Assembly: GCA_019923625.1 (NCBI GenBank)
Contig: JAHXGN010000001.1
Span: forward strand, 8,939 to 72,938
Direction of reading: 5' to 3'
Length of the DNA: 64,000 bases
DNA from: Candidatus Nealsonbacteria bacterium
GTDB lineage: Bacteria; Patescibacteriota; Minisyncoccia; Minisyncoccales; RBG-13-42-11
This document shows, piece by piece, positions 39,842-49,598 of this stretch. Below the pieces are notes generated by a model that was not told where the DNA came from, searched no databases, and saw only the letters and a list, made by a program, of their open reading frames with translations. The translations under genes were made by a program, and so were the position numbers. Position 1 is the first letter of the stretch; every line of letters starts with the position of its first letter.

Positions 39842-41102
39842 TAATCTGACGCATTGTTTCTAAAACAACCGAAACAATAATTAAAACAGCTGTTCCGCCG
39901 ATTAAAAATTGGAAAACCATAACTCCTGTTATTTCACCAACAATTGAGGGCAAAATAGCAATTGTTCCTAAAAAAATAGCCCCAATCAACAAAACCCGAT
40001 TTAAAACATAATATAAAAAACTGGCGGTTGAACTTCCCGGCCTGATACCGGGAATAAAACCACCCATTTTTTGAAGATTTTTGGCAATGTTTTTAGGGTC
40101 AAAGGTAACGGCCGTATAAAAATAAGTGAAAACAAAAACTAATAAAAAATAAAAAATTGCCTGACCCCATGGATTTATTTGAGGATCAAAAAAATTTCCT
40201 ATACTTGCCGCAAGGGTTCCGACAAGACCTTCTTTTTCTCTTAAAAAACCAGTAATCATCATTGGAAAAGTTAAAACCGATAAAGCAAAAATTATAGGCA
40301 TTACGCCGGCCGGATTAACATTTAGGGGTAAATAAGTGGAAACCCCGCCGTAAAGACGATTTCCTCTTACTCTTTTGGCATAAGAAACCGGAATATTTCT
40401 TTTGGCTTCGTTAATTAAAACCACGCCGGCAATAATAGACAAAACCATGGCAAAAAAGAAAAAATATGTGGGGATTTTAGCCGCCTCCCAGCCAAGATAG
40501 ATTTGACCAACATTAGCCGGAAAAATAGAGATAATACCGGCAAAAATTAAAATAGAAATACCGTTTCCTATTCCTTTTTCCGAAATTAACTCACCCAACC
40601 ACATTAAAAACAAAGTGCCAGCCGTAATTGTTAGAAGAGAGGTTAAAAGCAAAAAAGGTGAAAGATGTTCAATTACTGGATTGGCTCCGGCTTGCAGTAA
40701 AGAAAGCATTCCATATCCCTGTAAAAAAGATAAGGGCACGGCTAACAATCTTCCGTATTGATTAAATTTTTGACGACCGGCCTCTCCTTCTTCTTTGTAA
40801 AGACGTTCAAGTTGAGGAAAAATCATGGTCAGAAGTTGTAAAATAATAACAGCCGTAATATATGGTCCCAATCCCAACATTATGACTGAAAGACGGTCAA
40901 GGGTTCCGCCAATAAACAGATTAGCCAAGCCCAAAAATTGAAACTGACCGGCTCCAAAAAATGCCCTTAAGTTTTCAATATTTATTCCCGGTATGGGGAT
41001 ATTTGCCATTATCCTAAAAATTACCAAAATTCCTAAGGTAAAAAGGATTTTATTTCTTAAGCTCGGTATTTTAAAAATTTGAATGAGTTTTTGATACCAC
41101 AT
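39804..41102 (-). CDS. secY: Preprotein translocase SecY
   Basis: 10-transmembrane SecY-like ORF in the conserved position after rplO. Confidence 0.9.
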   Translation of the reverse strand: MWYQKLIQIFKIPSLRNKILFTLGILVIFRIMANIPIPGINIENLRAFFGAGQFQFLGLANLFIGGTLDRLSVIMLGLGPYITAVIILQLLTMIFPQLERLYKEEGEAGRQKFNQYGRLLAVPLSFLQGYGMLSLLQAGANPVIEHLSPFLLLTSLLTITAGTLFLMWLGELISEKGIGNGISILIFAGIISIFPANVGQIYLGWEAAKIPTYFFFFAMVLSIIAGVVLINEAKRNIPVSYAKRVRGNRLYGGVSTYLPLNVNPAGVMPIIFALSVLTFPMMITGFLREKEGLVGTLAASIGNFFDPQINPWGQAIFYFLLVFVFTYFYTAVTFDPKNIAKNLQKMGGFIPGIRPGSSTASFLYYVLNRVLLIGAIFLGTIAILPSIVGEITGVMVFQFLIGGTAVLIIVSVVLETMRQINAQLQMHEYETF

Positions 41103-41226
41103 ACCTTAAAATGACTAATGTCTAATTTCTAATGTCTAATCAATTCCTAATGACTAATGACAAAATGACAAAAAAATAATTAGGCATTAGACATTTCGGC
41201 ATTAGACATTGATTAGAAATTAGACA
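41103..41226. repeat. Family-B palindromic element between secY and rplO
   Basis: aatgactaatgtctaatttctaat...aatgactaatgacaaaatgac...gacattgattagaaattagacatt. Confidence 0.8.
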
Positions 41227-41682
41227 TTAGAAATTAGACATTTTCACTATGCCGCCGGTTTTTTCAATCTTCTCTTTGGCCGATTTAGATATTTCGCAAC
41301 CCTCAATAATTAATTTTTTAGTTATTTCTCCTTTCCCTAAAATTTTAACTTTTGGCATCTTTCCTTTTATTTCAGCAATAATTTTCTTTTCTGTCAATAT
41401 TTTTGGATTAATTTTTTCTCCGGAATTAAATTTTTTCTCCAAGGTTTCTAAATTCAAAATCACAATTTTTGATTTTTGATTTTTGATTTTTGATTTAAAT
41501 TTGTATCCTCTTAATTTTGGATATCTTTTTATTAATTCCCGAATTATCGGCTTTAATTTCCGGCCGGCCCGAGCTCTTTGACCTTTTATGCCGTGACCGG
41601 AGTAGGTGCCCTTCTTGCCTCCCCGACCTACTCTTTTCGGTTTTTTCATTTTATGGATTGGATGTAAATTATGTAGCTGCAT
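41227..41682 (-). CDS. rplO: 50S ribosomal protein L15
   Basis: L15 motif KKPKRVGRGGKKGTYSGHGIKGQ. Confidence 0.85.
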   Translation of the reverse strand: MQLHNLHPIHKMKKPKRVGRGGKKGTYSGHGIKGQRARAGRKLKPIIRELIKRYPKLRGYKFKSKIKNQKSKIVILNLETLEKKFNSGEKINPKILTEKKIIAEIKGKMPKVKILGKGEITKKLIIEGCEISKSAKEKIEKTGGIVKMSNF

Positions 41683-41799
41683 AATGGTGAATGACTAATG
41701 ACTAATTTCTAATTTCTAATCAATTCCCAATGACTAATGACCAAATGACTAAAATATAGGCATTAGACATTTTAGCATTAGACATTGATTAGACATTAG
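41683..41799. repeat. Family-B palindromic element between rplO and rpsE, with about 30-bp perfect terminal inverted repeats (ttctaatcaattcccaatgactaatgac / gacattagtcattgggaattagaa)
   Basis: Seen in the sequence. Confidence 0.85.
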
Positions 41800-42285
41800 T
41801 CATTGGGAATTAGAAATTTTCAGCATTTTTAGGGCTTTAATGGTTGCTTGGGCATTATTTAATTTATTTCTGGTTCTTCCTAAGACCTTTGAAGAAATAT
41901 TTTTTATTCCGGCCAAGGCACAAACTACCCTTATTGTTCCTCCGGCTGCCAACCCCCCTCCCTTTCTCTGAGGTTTGAGCAAGACCTTTGCCGCGCCAAA
42001 TTTAGCTTCAACTTGATGAGAAATAGTATCTTTAATAATTTGAATTTCAATTAAATGTTTTTTTGCCAAGCGAGTTGCTTTTTCCACGGCCTGAGCAACA
42101 TCGGCTGCTTTGGCCACTCCTAATCCAATTTTACCAGCTTTATTTCCGACTACTACGACGGCCCGAAATCGAAGCCGTTTTCCTCCGGTCGTTGAGCGGG
42201 AAACTCTGGCTAAATCCAATAGCTTGGACTCATATTCGTCTTTAGGTTTTTCTTCTTTAACTCTTTGAAATTTTTCTCTCATCAT
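41800..42285 (-). CDS. rpsE: 30S ribosomal protein S5
   Basis: S5 dsRBD and C-terminal domains. Confidence 0.85.
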   Translation of the reverse strand: MMREKFQRVKEEKPKDEYESKLLDLARVSRSTTGGKRLRFRAVVVVGNKAGKIGLGVAKAADVAQAVEKATRLAKKHLIEIQIIKDTISHQVEAKFGAAKVLLKPQRKGGGLAAGGTIRVVCALAGIKNISSKVLGRTRNKLNNAQATIKALKMLKISNSQ

Positions 42286-42315
42286 TTTAGAAATTAGAAA
42301 TTAGAAATTAGAAAT
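42286..42315. repeat. Short (ttagaaa)n microsatellite / family-B arm fragment between rpsE and rplR
   Basis: ttagaaattagaaattagaaattagaaattt. Confidence 0.6.
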
Positions 42316-42816
42316 TTAAAAACGGAGGCCTGCTTCTCTCGCTCCCTCGGCCAAGGACTTAACCCTGCCGTGATATTTATATCCCGCCCTGTCAAATACT
42401 ACTTTATCAATTTTTTTTAATAAGGCCTTTTGGGCAATTAATTGACCGACCTCAAGGGCCTTGGCAATTTTTCCGGCTTTAATCATTTCTACTTTTCCTC
42501 CCCCTTTCCCCCTTTTTTCTTTCTCCCGAGCGCTAGCGAGGGAATTCGAAGAGAACTCTGTTCTCTTCTCACGCCCCACCTTCCTATCGTCAGGTTCAGC
42601 GGAAGAAGAAGGCTTGCTTTCTTTGCCCTTTGTTGTTTTTTGTTTAAGTTCTAAATCGCTGCTTGAAACTAAAATTTTTCCTTTTTCATCATCAATTAAT
42701 TGGGCATAGATATGTTTTAATGAGCGAAAAACACAAAGTCGTGGAATTTTATTTGTTCCTGAAATTTGAACTCTTATTTTTTTGTGAATTTTTGTTCGTT
42801 TTTTTTCTTTTTTCAA
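42316..42816 (-). CDS. rplR: 50S ribosomal protein L18 carrying an in-frame family-A insertion (..[29 protein letters not shown]..)
   Basis: L18 N- and C-terminal conserved blocks surround the insert at 42525-42601. Confidence 0.85.
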   Translation of the reverse strand: MKKEKKRTKIHKKIRVQISGTNKIPRLCVFRSLKHIYAQLIDDEKGKILVSSSDLELKQKTTKGKESKPSSSAEPDDRKVGREKRTEFSSNSLASAREKEKRGKGGGKVEMIKAGKIAKALEVGQLIAQKALLKKIDKVVFDRAGYKYHGRVKSLAEGAREAGLRF

Positions 42817-42840
42817 GATAATAATGTTTTTACTTGTTTT

Positions 42841-43383
42841 TTATTTGGACTGGACTGCTTTTTTACCCATTTTTTTTCTTACTATCTCTCCCAAATATCT
42901 GATTCCCTTTCCTTTATAGGGTTCGGGGGGCCGAACTTTTCTGATTTTGGCAGCCATTTGACCGACTAATTCTTTGTCTATGCCAGAAACAGTAATGATA
43001 TTTTTTTCAACTGAAAATTTAATTCCTTCTGGTGATTCTATTTTAACCGGATGGGTAAAACCAATTTGCAAAATTAAGTTTTCACCCTCCGGTCCTGCCC
43101 GATAACCCAAACCCTCTATTTGCAATTTTTTTTCATAACCATCGCTAACTCCTTTAATCGCATTAAAAAGAAGCGCCCGGGTTAAACCCCAAAAAGGGTT
43201 GGTTCTTTTGGTTTCAATTTTAGGTGTAACGAAAATTTTATTATTTTTGATTTCAATTTTAATTTCTTGGGGAATTTTTTTAGAAAGCTCGCCTTTTGGG
43301 CCCTTAATAATGACTTTCTGGTCTTCAATTTTTATTTGAAGCCCTTTTAATATTGGTATTGGTTTTTTTCCTATTCTTGACAT
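42841..43383 (-). CDS. rplF: 50S ribosomal protein L6
   Basis: L6 two-domain signature. Confidence 0.85.
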   Translation of the reverse strand: MSRIGKKPIPILKGLQIKIEDQKVIIKGPKGELSKKIPQEIKIEIKNNKIFVTPKIETKRTNPFWGLTRALLFNAIKGVSDGYEKKLQIEGLGYRAGPEGENLILQIGFTHPVKIESPEGIKFSVEKNIITVSGIDKELVGQMAAKIRKVRPPEPYKGKGIRYLGEIVRKKMGKKAVQSK

Positions 43384-43600
43384 AAAAATTTAAGCGAGTT
43401 AAGCGAGGCAGGGATATTCACAACCGAGCCCCGAAAAGATTTAAGCGAGGCAGGGATATGAGGGTGACACTTCGCAGCCGAGCCCCGGAAAGATTTGAAA
43501 TTTTTTTAAGACTGGTGAGGCTCGGCGAGAAATAGCAGCAGCGGGAATAACTTTCTCTTACTATTAAAGCTGACTGCGTGTCACCCGAATCAGCCCTGCC
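43384..43600. repeat. Family-C-related intergenic element(s) between rplF and rpsH (AAGCGAGGCAGGGAT... x2 ... CAGCCCTGCCGAGCG)
   Basis: Shares the conserved ends of family C. Confidence 0.6.
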
Positions 43601-43608
43601 GAGCGACT

Positions 43609-43998
43609 TTACCATATTTCACAAAGCACCTCTCCTCCTAATTTTTGTTTTTTTGCTTCTTTGTTAGTTATTAATCCTCCTTTTGAGGTAGAAATTATTT
43701 TTATTCCGTACCTTTTTTTTGCTGGTTTTATCTCTTTATGGGTCTGGTAGATTCTTTGACCTGGTTTGGAAATTCTTTTTAAATTAGAAATAATTGACGT
43801 TTTATCTTTATATTTTAAGGTAATTTGAATTGTTTTTTTTTCTTTTTTTCCCTTTCTTTCTATTTTTTCAACCAATTTTTCTCTTTTTAAAATTTTAGCG
43901 ATTTCATATTTTAAATTGGAAAATGGAATCTCAACCGTTGGATGTTTAACGATTAAGCCGTTTCTTATTGAAGTTAACATGTCTGAAATTGGATCCAT
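43609..43998 (-). CDS. rpsH: 30S ribosomal protein S8
   Basis: MDPISDMLTSIRNG S8 N-terminus. Confidence 0.85.
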   Translation of the reverse strand: MDPISDMLTSIRNGLIVKHPTVEIPFSNLKYEIAKILKREKLVEKIERKGKKEKKTIQITLKYKDKTSIISNLKRISKPGQRIYQTHKEIKPAKKRYGIKIISTSKGGLITNKEAKKQKLGGEVLCEIW

Positions 43999-44053
43999 AA
44001 AAATAATTGGTATTAAAAATTATTTAAAAATTGGGGGTTAAAAGTTGAAAATT

Positions 44054-44239
44054 TCACCATGACGATTTTTTAACTCCCGGTATTAGACCTTGGTTTGCCA
44101 TCTCCCGAAAACAAATCCTGCATAATCCAAAATGACGAAAGTATCCTCTTTTTCTACCGCACTTAAAACATCTCCGAACAATTCGGGTTGAAAATTTTGG
44201 TTTTTTAAGAGATTTTGCTATTTGAGATTTAGTTGCCAT
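44054..44239 (-). CDS. rpsN: 30S ribosomal protein S14 type Z (zinc-binding, 61 aa)
   Basis: C-x2-C...C-x2-C motif and the S14 signature. Confidence 0.85.
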   Translation of the reverse strand: MATKSQIAKSLKKPKFSTRIVRRCFKCGRKRGYFRHFGLCRICFREMANQGLIPGVKKSSW

Positions 44240-44311
44240 TTGTCGTTTATTTTTTTACCCTGTTAAATCCCGCTTTGCGGCAATCCAGCCTTTTTCGCAA
44301 AAAGGGCTGGA

Positions 44312-44875
44312 TTATTTAACAGGGTGAATTGGAAATCCTAATAATTTTAACAACTCTATTCCTTCTTCTTTTGTCTTGGCGGTAGTTTTGATTGTTATTT
44401 CAAAACCAAAAATATTTTTTACTTTTTCCGGTGAAATCTCGGAAAAATAAATATGTTCTTTAATACCGATTGTTAAATTTCCTTTTGAATCAAAGGACTC
44501 AATTCCTATTCCCCGAAAATCACGCGAGCGAGGAAGAGAGATGTTGATTAACCTTTCTAAAAAATCATTCATTTTCTTTTTTCTAAGAGTACATTTGGCG
44601 CCAAGGGCTAAACCTTTTCTTGTTTTAAATCCGGCAATCGATTTTTTAGCCATTGTTAAAACCGGTCCTTGACCGGAAATGAGAGCTAAATCATTTAAAA
44701 TTGCCTTCTGAATCTTTTTTTGCTCTTCATTTGTTTTACCTAAAATCAATTTTCCAAAACTGGTATTGATTATTACCTTTTCAATTTTAGGAACAGCCAT
44801 TGGATTTTTATATCCAAATTCTTTCATCATAACTGGCACTACTTCTTTTTTATATTTTTCTTGTAATTTTAACAT
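44312..44875 (-). CDS. rplE: 50S ribosomal protein L5
   Basis: L5 signature. Start placed at the internal Met (MLKLQEKYKKEVVP), so it does not run through rplX. Confidence 0.8.
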   Translation of the reverse strand: MLKLQEKYKKEVVPVMMKEFGYKNPMAVPKIEKVIINTSFGKLILGKTNEEQKKIQKAILNDLALISGQGPVLTMAKKSIAGFKTRKGLALGAKCTLRKKKMNDFLERLINISLPRSRDFRGIGIESFDSKGNLTIGIKEHIYFSEISPEKVKNIFGFEITIKTTAKTKEEGIELLKLLGFPIHPVK

Positions 44876-44876
44876 A

Positions 44877-45182
44877 TTAGGTTTCTCGCCCACATTTTTT
44901 GCAAATTCTATTTTTTTTCTTTTCAATAATTTTATAACCTATCCTGCTTGGCTTTCCGCATTTTGAACAAATTAACTTGGCGTTAGAAATATGAATCGGA
45001 GCGGCTATTTGAACAATTCGGCCTTTCTCTCCGCCCTTTTTGGGACGAATGTGTTTTTTTTTAATATTAATTCCTTCAACTATCAAACTTTCCTTTTCAG
45101 GAATAATTTTTAAGACCTTGCCTTTTCTTCCTCTGTCTTTGCCTAAAATTATTAAAACCGTATCGCCTTTTTTTATTTTCAT
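44877..45182 (-). CDS. rplX: 50S ribosomal protein L24 with C-terminal zinc ribbon
   Basis: KOW motif (MKIKKGDTVLIILGKDRGRKGKV) and CSKCG...CKKCG. Start placed at the internal Met. Confidence 0.8.
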   Translation of the reverse strand: MKIKKGDTVLIILGKDRGRKGKVLKIIPEKESLIVEGINIKKKHIRPKKGGEKGRIVQIAAPIHISNAKLICSKCGKPSRIGYKIIEKKKNRICKKCGRET

Positions 45183-45221
45183 AATCCTACGAATTACGAA
45201 TAAGTACGAATATACGAATAA

Positions 45222-45370
45222 TAAGCGAGGCAACAAAGTTTTCATGGTAACTTTCGCAGTCCCGCCAGCATGGTGCCGCCGAAGGCGGCTGGCGGGACGA
45301 GAATGTAGATAGTCAAATCTCGCTGGGATTTGAACTATCGGTACCTGAAAACTTTAGTTGCCGAGCGTTA
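45222..45370. ncRNA. Family-C structured intergenic element, copy E2, between rplX and rplN
   Basis: AAGCGAGGCAACAAAGTTTTCA ... GCATGG ... CGAGAATGTAGATAGTCAAATCTCGCTGGGATTTGAACTATCGGTAC...TTGCCGAGCG. The stems gtcccgccag/ctggcgggac and tgccgcc/ggcggc co-vary with E1 and E3. Confidence 0.55.
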
Positions 45371-45739
45371 TACCAGTTCCTCGGCCAATGCAGCAATCTT
45401 ATCAAAACCCTTCTCTTTCAATTCTCGGGCAACTGGACCCAAAATTCTTCCGCCTTTTGGCTCTTTGGTTTTTCCTTCTAAAATCAAACAAGCATTATCG
45501 TCAAACCGAATATATGATCCATCCGACCTTTTAAATTCTTTTTTTTGCCTAATAACCACTGCCCTGACCACTTCATGTGTTTTAACTATCCTTCTTGGTT
45601 CGGCTTCTTTTATCGTTCCAACAATAATATCGGAAATTTGAGCATATCTACGTCTTGAACCACCCAGGACTAAAATACATTGTAAGGTCTTGGCTCCGGT
45701 ATTATCGGCAACTTTTAATATTGTACGCAGCTGAATCAT
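45368..45739 (-). CDS. rplN: 50S ribosomal protein L14
   Basis: MIQLRTILKVADNTGAK signature. Confidence 0.9.
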   Translation of the reverse strand: MIQLRTILKVADNTGAKTLQCILVLGGSRRRYAQISDIIVGTIKEAEPRRIVKTHEVVRAVVIRQKKEFKRSDGSYIRFDDNACLILEGKTKEPKGGRILGPVARELKEKGFDKIAALAEELV

Positions 45740-45975
45740 AAACCAAGTTTTTTAATTACTCTCCACTTTTTTTCTTTACTTATTGGTCTGCACTCCTCGA
45801 TGACAACCTTATCCCCAACATGATATTCTCCTTTTTCATCGTGGGCTTTATATTTTTTGGAAACCCTAAATCTCCTTTTATATTTCGGATGTTCTTTAAT
45901 TCGTTCGGTTTCAACGACAATCGTTTTTTGCATTTTATTTGAAATGACTGTTCCGGTTAGTTGACGCTTTGGCAT
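45736..45975 (-). CDS. rpsQ: 30S ribosomal protein S17
   Basis: OB-fold S17 signature. Confidence 0.85.
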   Translation of the reverse strand: MPKRQLTGTVISNKMQKTIVVETERIKEHPKYKRRFRVSKKYKAHDEKGEYHVGDKVVIEECRPISKEKKWRVIKKLGL

Positions 45976-45985
45976 AAATTTATTA

Positions 45986-46159
45986 CTTTAGCAAAGTAAG
46001 TATTCTGGCAATGTCTTTTTTAATTTTTCTAATCTCTCTGACATTCTTTACTTTAGCTAAGACCAAATCAAAACGCAACTGCTTTAAACTTTCTCTTGAA
46101 GTTTGAAGCAATTTTTGTAATTCTGGTTTTGATTTTTGTCGCAATTCTTTTGTCTTCAT
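45986..46159 (-). CDS. rpmC: 50S ribosomal protein L29
   Basis: Reverse-complement translation MKTKELRQKSKPELQKLLQTSRESLKQLRFDLVLAKVKN... (57 aa), in the expected slot between L16 and S17. Not in the ORF track because it is shorter than 60 aa. Confidence 0.8.
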
Positions 46160-46211
46160 TAATATCCGTTGAATTAACTGCTATACGTCGAATTGACGCT
46201 AAATCAGCGGT

Positions 46212-46619
46212 TTATCCGCGCTTAACAAATTTAGTTTTCACAGGCAATTTATCGGCTGCTTTTTTCAGGGCATCTCTAGCTGCTTCTTCTTTTATTCCTT
46301 CTATCTCAAAAATAATTCGACCGGGCCTTATTGGAAAAACATAATGGTCAACACTCCCTTTTCCTCCACCCATTGGCACTTCGGTTCCTTTTCTGGTTAT
46401 TGGTTTTTGGGGGAAAATTCTAATCCAGAGTTTACCTCCTTTTTTCAAGTATCTCAAAATGGCTCTTCTAGCCGCTTCAATTTGACGGGAACTAATCCAA
46501 TGGGTTGCTAATGATTTTAAGCCGAAAGAACCGAAAGTTATTTCCGTTCCACGATTTTCAGCGCCCTTTGACCTTCCTTTTCGCCATTTTCGATGTTTAA
46601 CTTTGCGAGGCATTAACAT
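46212..46619 (-). CDS. rplP: 50S ribosomal protein L16
   Basis: L16 signature. Confidence 0.9.
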   Translation of the reverse strand: MLMPRKVKHRKWRKGRSKGAENRGTEITFGSFGLKSLATHWISSRQIEAARRAILRYLKKGGKLWIRIFPQKPITRKGTEVPMGGGKGSVDHYVFPIRPGRIIFEIEGIKEEAARDALKKAADKLPVKTKFVKRG

Positions 46620-46623
46620 AATA

Positions 46624-47268
46624 TTAGGCGAAACGTTCGCCCTTATATATCCAAACCTTTATTCCTATTATTCCGTAGGTGCAGTAGGCCCGTTCTTGGG
46701 CATAATCAATATCTGCTCTTATGGTTTGACGGGGTAATTTTCCCTTTTTTAACCATTCTCTTCTGGCAATCTCAGCTCCGTTGAGCCGACCAGATACCTC
46801 CACTCTTGCTCCCTTAATTTCTTTATTTGTTATAATTTTATCTAATCCTCGCTTTAATACCTTTCTAAAAGGAATTCTTTTTTCTATTTGTTGGGCAATC
46901 CACTGAGCTGAAAGTGAAGCAGAGGTCCAGGGATTTTTTATCTCTCTAATTTCAATCCTTAAATCCTTTTTGTCTTGTTTTAACGGGAATAAAATCTTGT
47001 CTAATTCTTTTTTAATCCGTTCAACGCCCTCTCCTCCCCGACCAATAATTAATCCCGGCCTGGCAGTGTGAATAATAATATTTATTTTGCCCGGAAATCT
47101 TTCAATTTCAATTTTTTCAATACCCATTTTCTCTAATTTTTTATTTAAAAATTCTCTAATTTTAAAATCTTCGGCCAAATAAAAAGCCGGTTTTTTATAA
47201 AATCCCTGGGAATTCCAATCGGCTATGTTTCTAATTCTAAATATTTTTGGATGAACTTTATGAGTCAT
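46624..47268 (-). CDS. rpsC: 30S ribosomal protein S3
   Basis: KH and S3-C domains. Confidence 0.9.
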   Translation of the reverse strand: MTHKVHPKIFRIRNIADWNSQGFYKKPAFYLAEDFKIREFLNKKLEKMGIEKIEIERFPGKINIIIHTARPGLIIGRGGEGVERIKKELDKILFPLKQDKKDLRIEIREIKNPWTSASLSAQWIAQQIEKRIPFRKVLKRGLDKIITNKEIKGARVEVSGRLNGAEIARREWLKKGKLPRQTIRADIDYAQERAYCTYGIIGIKVWIYKGERFA

Positions 47269-47291
47269 ATATCTTAAACAGCAGTGAAATT

Positions 47292-47894
47292 TTAAAACGC
47301 TTTACGTTTGAATATTTTTTTAATTCCTCTTTCAATTTTTGGTTTTTTAATCTCTGATTCCGGCCTTTGAAGTTTGGGCTTTTTAATTTTAGGGGTTTTT
47401 TCTATTTTTTCTTTAACTTCTTTGGTTTTTTTAATTTTTAAAGGTTTCTTCTTAATCTCCCGAGCGATAGCGAAGGGGTTCGAAGAGAACTTTGTTCTCT
47501 TCTCACGCCTCACCTTCCTATCGTCAGGTTCAGCGTGAGAAGAAGATTTATCTTCTTCGAACTTCTTCTCAATTGTATCCAAAACCAAAGTAATATGAGA
47601 GGTTTTTTTTTGAATTGCCGCAGCTCTACCTCTTGCCCGAGCCCTCCATCTTTTTAATTTTTTGCCTTCATCAACCGTAATTTTGGAAATAAAAAAATTT
47701 GATTTTTCTAAGCCAAAATTATATTTGGCATTGTTGTGGGCTGAATTTAAAAGTTTTAACAATGGCTGGCATGCTTTTTTGATGGTCAAATTTAAAATCG
47801 TTTGAGCTTCCTCAACCCTTTTTCCCCTAATTAAATCGGCAACCAATCTAACTTTTCTGGGAGCTATTCTTAAATTTCGAAGTTTTGCAATCAT
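47292..47894 (-). CDS. rplV: 50S ribosomal protein L22 with an about 90-aa C-terminal extension containing a full family-A element
   Basis: L22 core, then [34 protein letters not shown] and a Lys-rich tail. Confidence 0.85.
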   Translation of the reverse strand: MIAKLRNLRIAPRKVRLVADLIRGKRVEEAQTILNLTIKKACQPLLKLLNSAHNNAKYNFGLEKSNFFISKITVDEGKKLKRWRARARGRAAAIQKKTSHITLVLDTIEKKFEEDKSSSHAEPDDRKVRREKRTKFSSNPFAIAREIKKKPLKIKKTKEVKEKIEKTPKIKKPKLQRPESEIKKPKIERGIKKIFKRKAF

Positions 47895-47936
47895 TAAAAT
47901 AAATTGAAAATTTATTGTTAAGTCAAATAAGTATTA

Positions 47937-48257
47937 TTATTTTTTATTTTCAGGACCTGCCAAGCCGGTAGAAGTTGCTTTTGTTTTCAATTCTCTTTGC
48001 ATTTTTCCACCATGTTTGAAAAATTTTGTTGTTGGCGAAAATTCGCCTAATTTGTGACCAACCATATCCTCGGTTATTTTGACTGAAATAAATTCTTTTC
48101 CGTTGTGAACGCCAAAAGTAAATCCAATCATCTCAGGCGCAATGGTACAACTTCTGGACCAGGTCTTAATAATGGCACTGGTTTCGGGTTTAAAATTTCT
48201 AACCTTATTTAATAATTTTTCATCCACTTGGGGACCTTTTTTCAGTGAGCGTGTCAT
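47937..48257 (-). CDS. rpsS: 30S ribosomal protein S19
   Basis: S19 signature. Start placed at the internal Met ([12 protein letters not shown]) to avoid overlap with rplB. Confidence 0.85.
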   Translation of the reverse strand: MTRSLKKGPQVDEKLLNKVRNFKPETSAIIKTWSRSCTIAPEMIGFTFGVHNGKEFISVKITEDMVGHKLGEFSPTTKFFKHGGKMQRELKTKATSTGLAGPENKK

Positions 48258-48270
48258 ATTATTTTTATAA

Positions 48271-49086
48271 TTATTTCTTCTTTTTCTTCGGTTTGCGTCT
48301 TTGAATAATATATTTATTGGTCCATTTCTTTTTTTTCCTCGTCTTTTTTCCAAGAGCTGGTTTTCCCCAGGGAGTTTTGGGATGTTTTAAACCAATTGGT
48401 GTTTTCCCCTCTCCGCCACCATGGGGATGGTCAACCGGGTTCATTGCCGTCCCCCTGACGGTGGGCCGCCAACCCTTTAATCTCCTTCTTCCGGCTTTTC
48501 CGATAATTTCAAAACGATGCTCGGGATAAGAAACCACTCCGACCGTAGCATAACATTCTTGTAAAATTTTTCTAACCTCACCTGAGAACATTTCTAAATG
48601 AGTGTATTTACCTTCCCGGGCTAAAATTTTGGCCGAAGCGCCGGCGCTCCTTATTAATTTTCCACCCTGACTAGGATTCAATTCTATATTGTAGACCAAT
48701 GTTCCGACCGGAATATTTTTTAATTTCATTCTGTTGCCGATTTTAACTTCAGTTTTTTCAGCGCAAATAATTTCATCGCCGATTTTCATATCTTTGGCTG
48801 CCAAAAGATATCCTTTTTTCCCATTTTGGTATTCTATTAAAGCAATAAAAGCCGTCCGATAAGGGTCATATTCAAAAGCCAGAATTTTGCCGGCAAGGCC
48901 CTTTTTTTCCTGACCAAAATCTAAAATCCGGTATAATTTTTTTACTCCCCCGCCCCGGTGACGAATGGTTATCCTGCCAGAACACGCTCGACCGGCTCTT
49001 TTTTTTAAAGAGATAAGCAATTTTTTTTCTGGCTCTTTTTTTGTAAGTAATAAATGCTTTTTCATAAAAATGTTTAAGCCAGGCAA
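48271..49086 (-). CDS. rplB: 50S ribosomal protein L2
   Basis: L2 signature ([16 protein letters not shown]). Confidence 0.9.
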   Translation of the reverse strand: MPGLNIFMKKHLLLTKKEPEKKLLISLKKRAGRACSGRITIRHRGGGVKKLYRILDFGQEKKGLAGKILAFEYDPYRTAFIALIEYQNGKKGYLLAAKDMKIGDEIICAEKTEVKIGNRMKLKNIPVGTLVYNIELNPSQGGKLIRSAGASAKILAREGKYTHLEMFSGEVRKILQECYATVGVVSYPEHRFEIIGKAGRRRLKGWRPTVRGTAMNPVDHPHGGGEGKTPIGLKHPKTPWGKPALGKKTRKKKKWTNKYIIQRRKPKKKKK

Positions 49087-49320
49087 GTGGTTTCAGTGAG
49101 CTAGCCTCGCTGGGGCGAGCGAACGACCCTGAAACCAGCTTGCCGAGCGATTATCCAGCTAACCAGAAAAAATAAAAGCGAGGGAAGTAATTTTTAGGAG
49201 CATCCGCAGCCGAGCGGGCAAGGTCTCGCACTCAGCGAGGAGCGAGGCGAGGACATGAGCGAACGAACACGCTGGGTGAGTGAGCGTATCCTAAAAATTA
49301 GCCTGCCGAGCGATTATCGT
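49081..49320. repeat. Two family-C-like elements in the rplB-rplW spacer, each with ...GCGAGG/GCCAGGCAA + stem ... stem + (C/T)TGCCGAGCGATTATC ends
   Basis: Arm pairs gtggtttcag/ctgaaaccag and gaagtaatttttaggag/ctcctaaaaattagcc. Confidence 0.6.
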
Positions 49321-49598
49321 GGTAATACTTCTATCTTCTGCCCCTTTTTTATTTTAATAATTGCTTTTTTATATCCCGCCCTCCAACCTGAAATTTTTCC
49401 CAATTTTCTTTTTTTGGGCTGAAGATTAATGATTTTAACATCTAAAACATCTACCTTATAAAAATTTTCAACCGCTTTTTTAATTTCCGTTTTATTTGTT
49501 TTGGAAAAGACCTTAAATACATATTGGTTCTCTTTGGTTAAATCGGTCGCTTTTTCAGTAATATGGGGAGATTTTAAAATTTGATAAAGGTTTGTCAT
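49314..49598 (-). CDS. rplW: 50S ribosomal protein L23
   Basis: L23 signature. Confidence 0.85.
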   Translation of the reverse strand: MTNLYQILKSPHITEKATDLTKENQYVFKVFSKTNKTEIKKAVENFYKVDVLDVKIINLQPKKRKLGKISGWRAGYKKAIIKIKKGQKIEVLPR

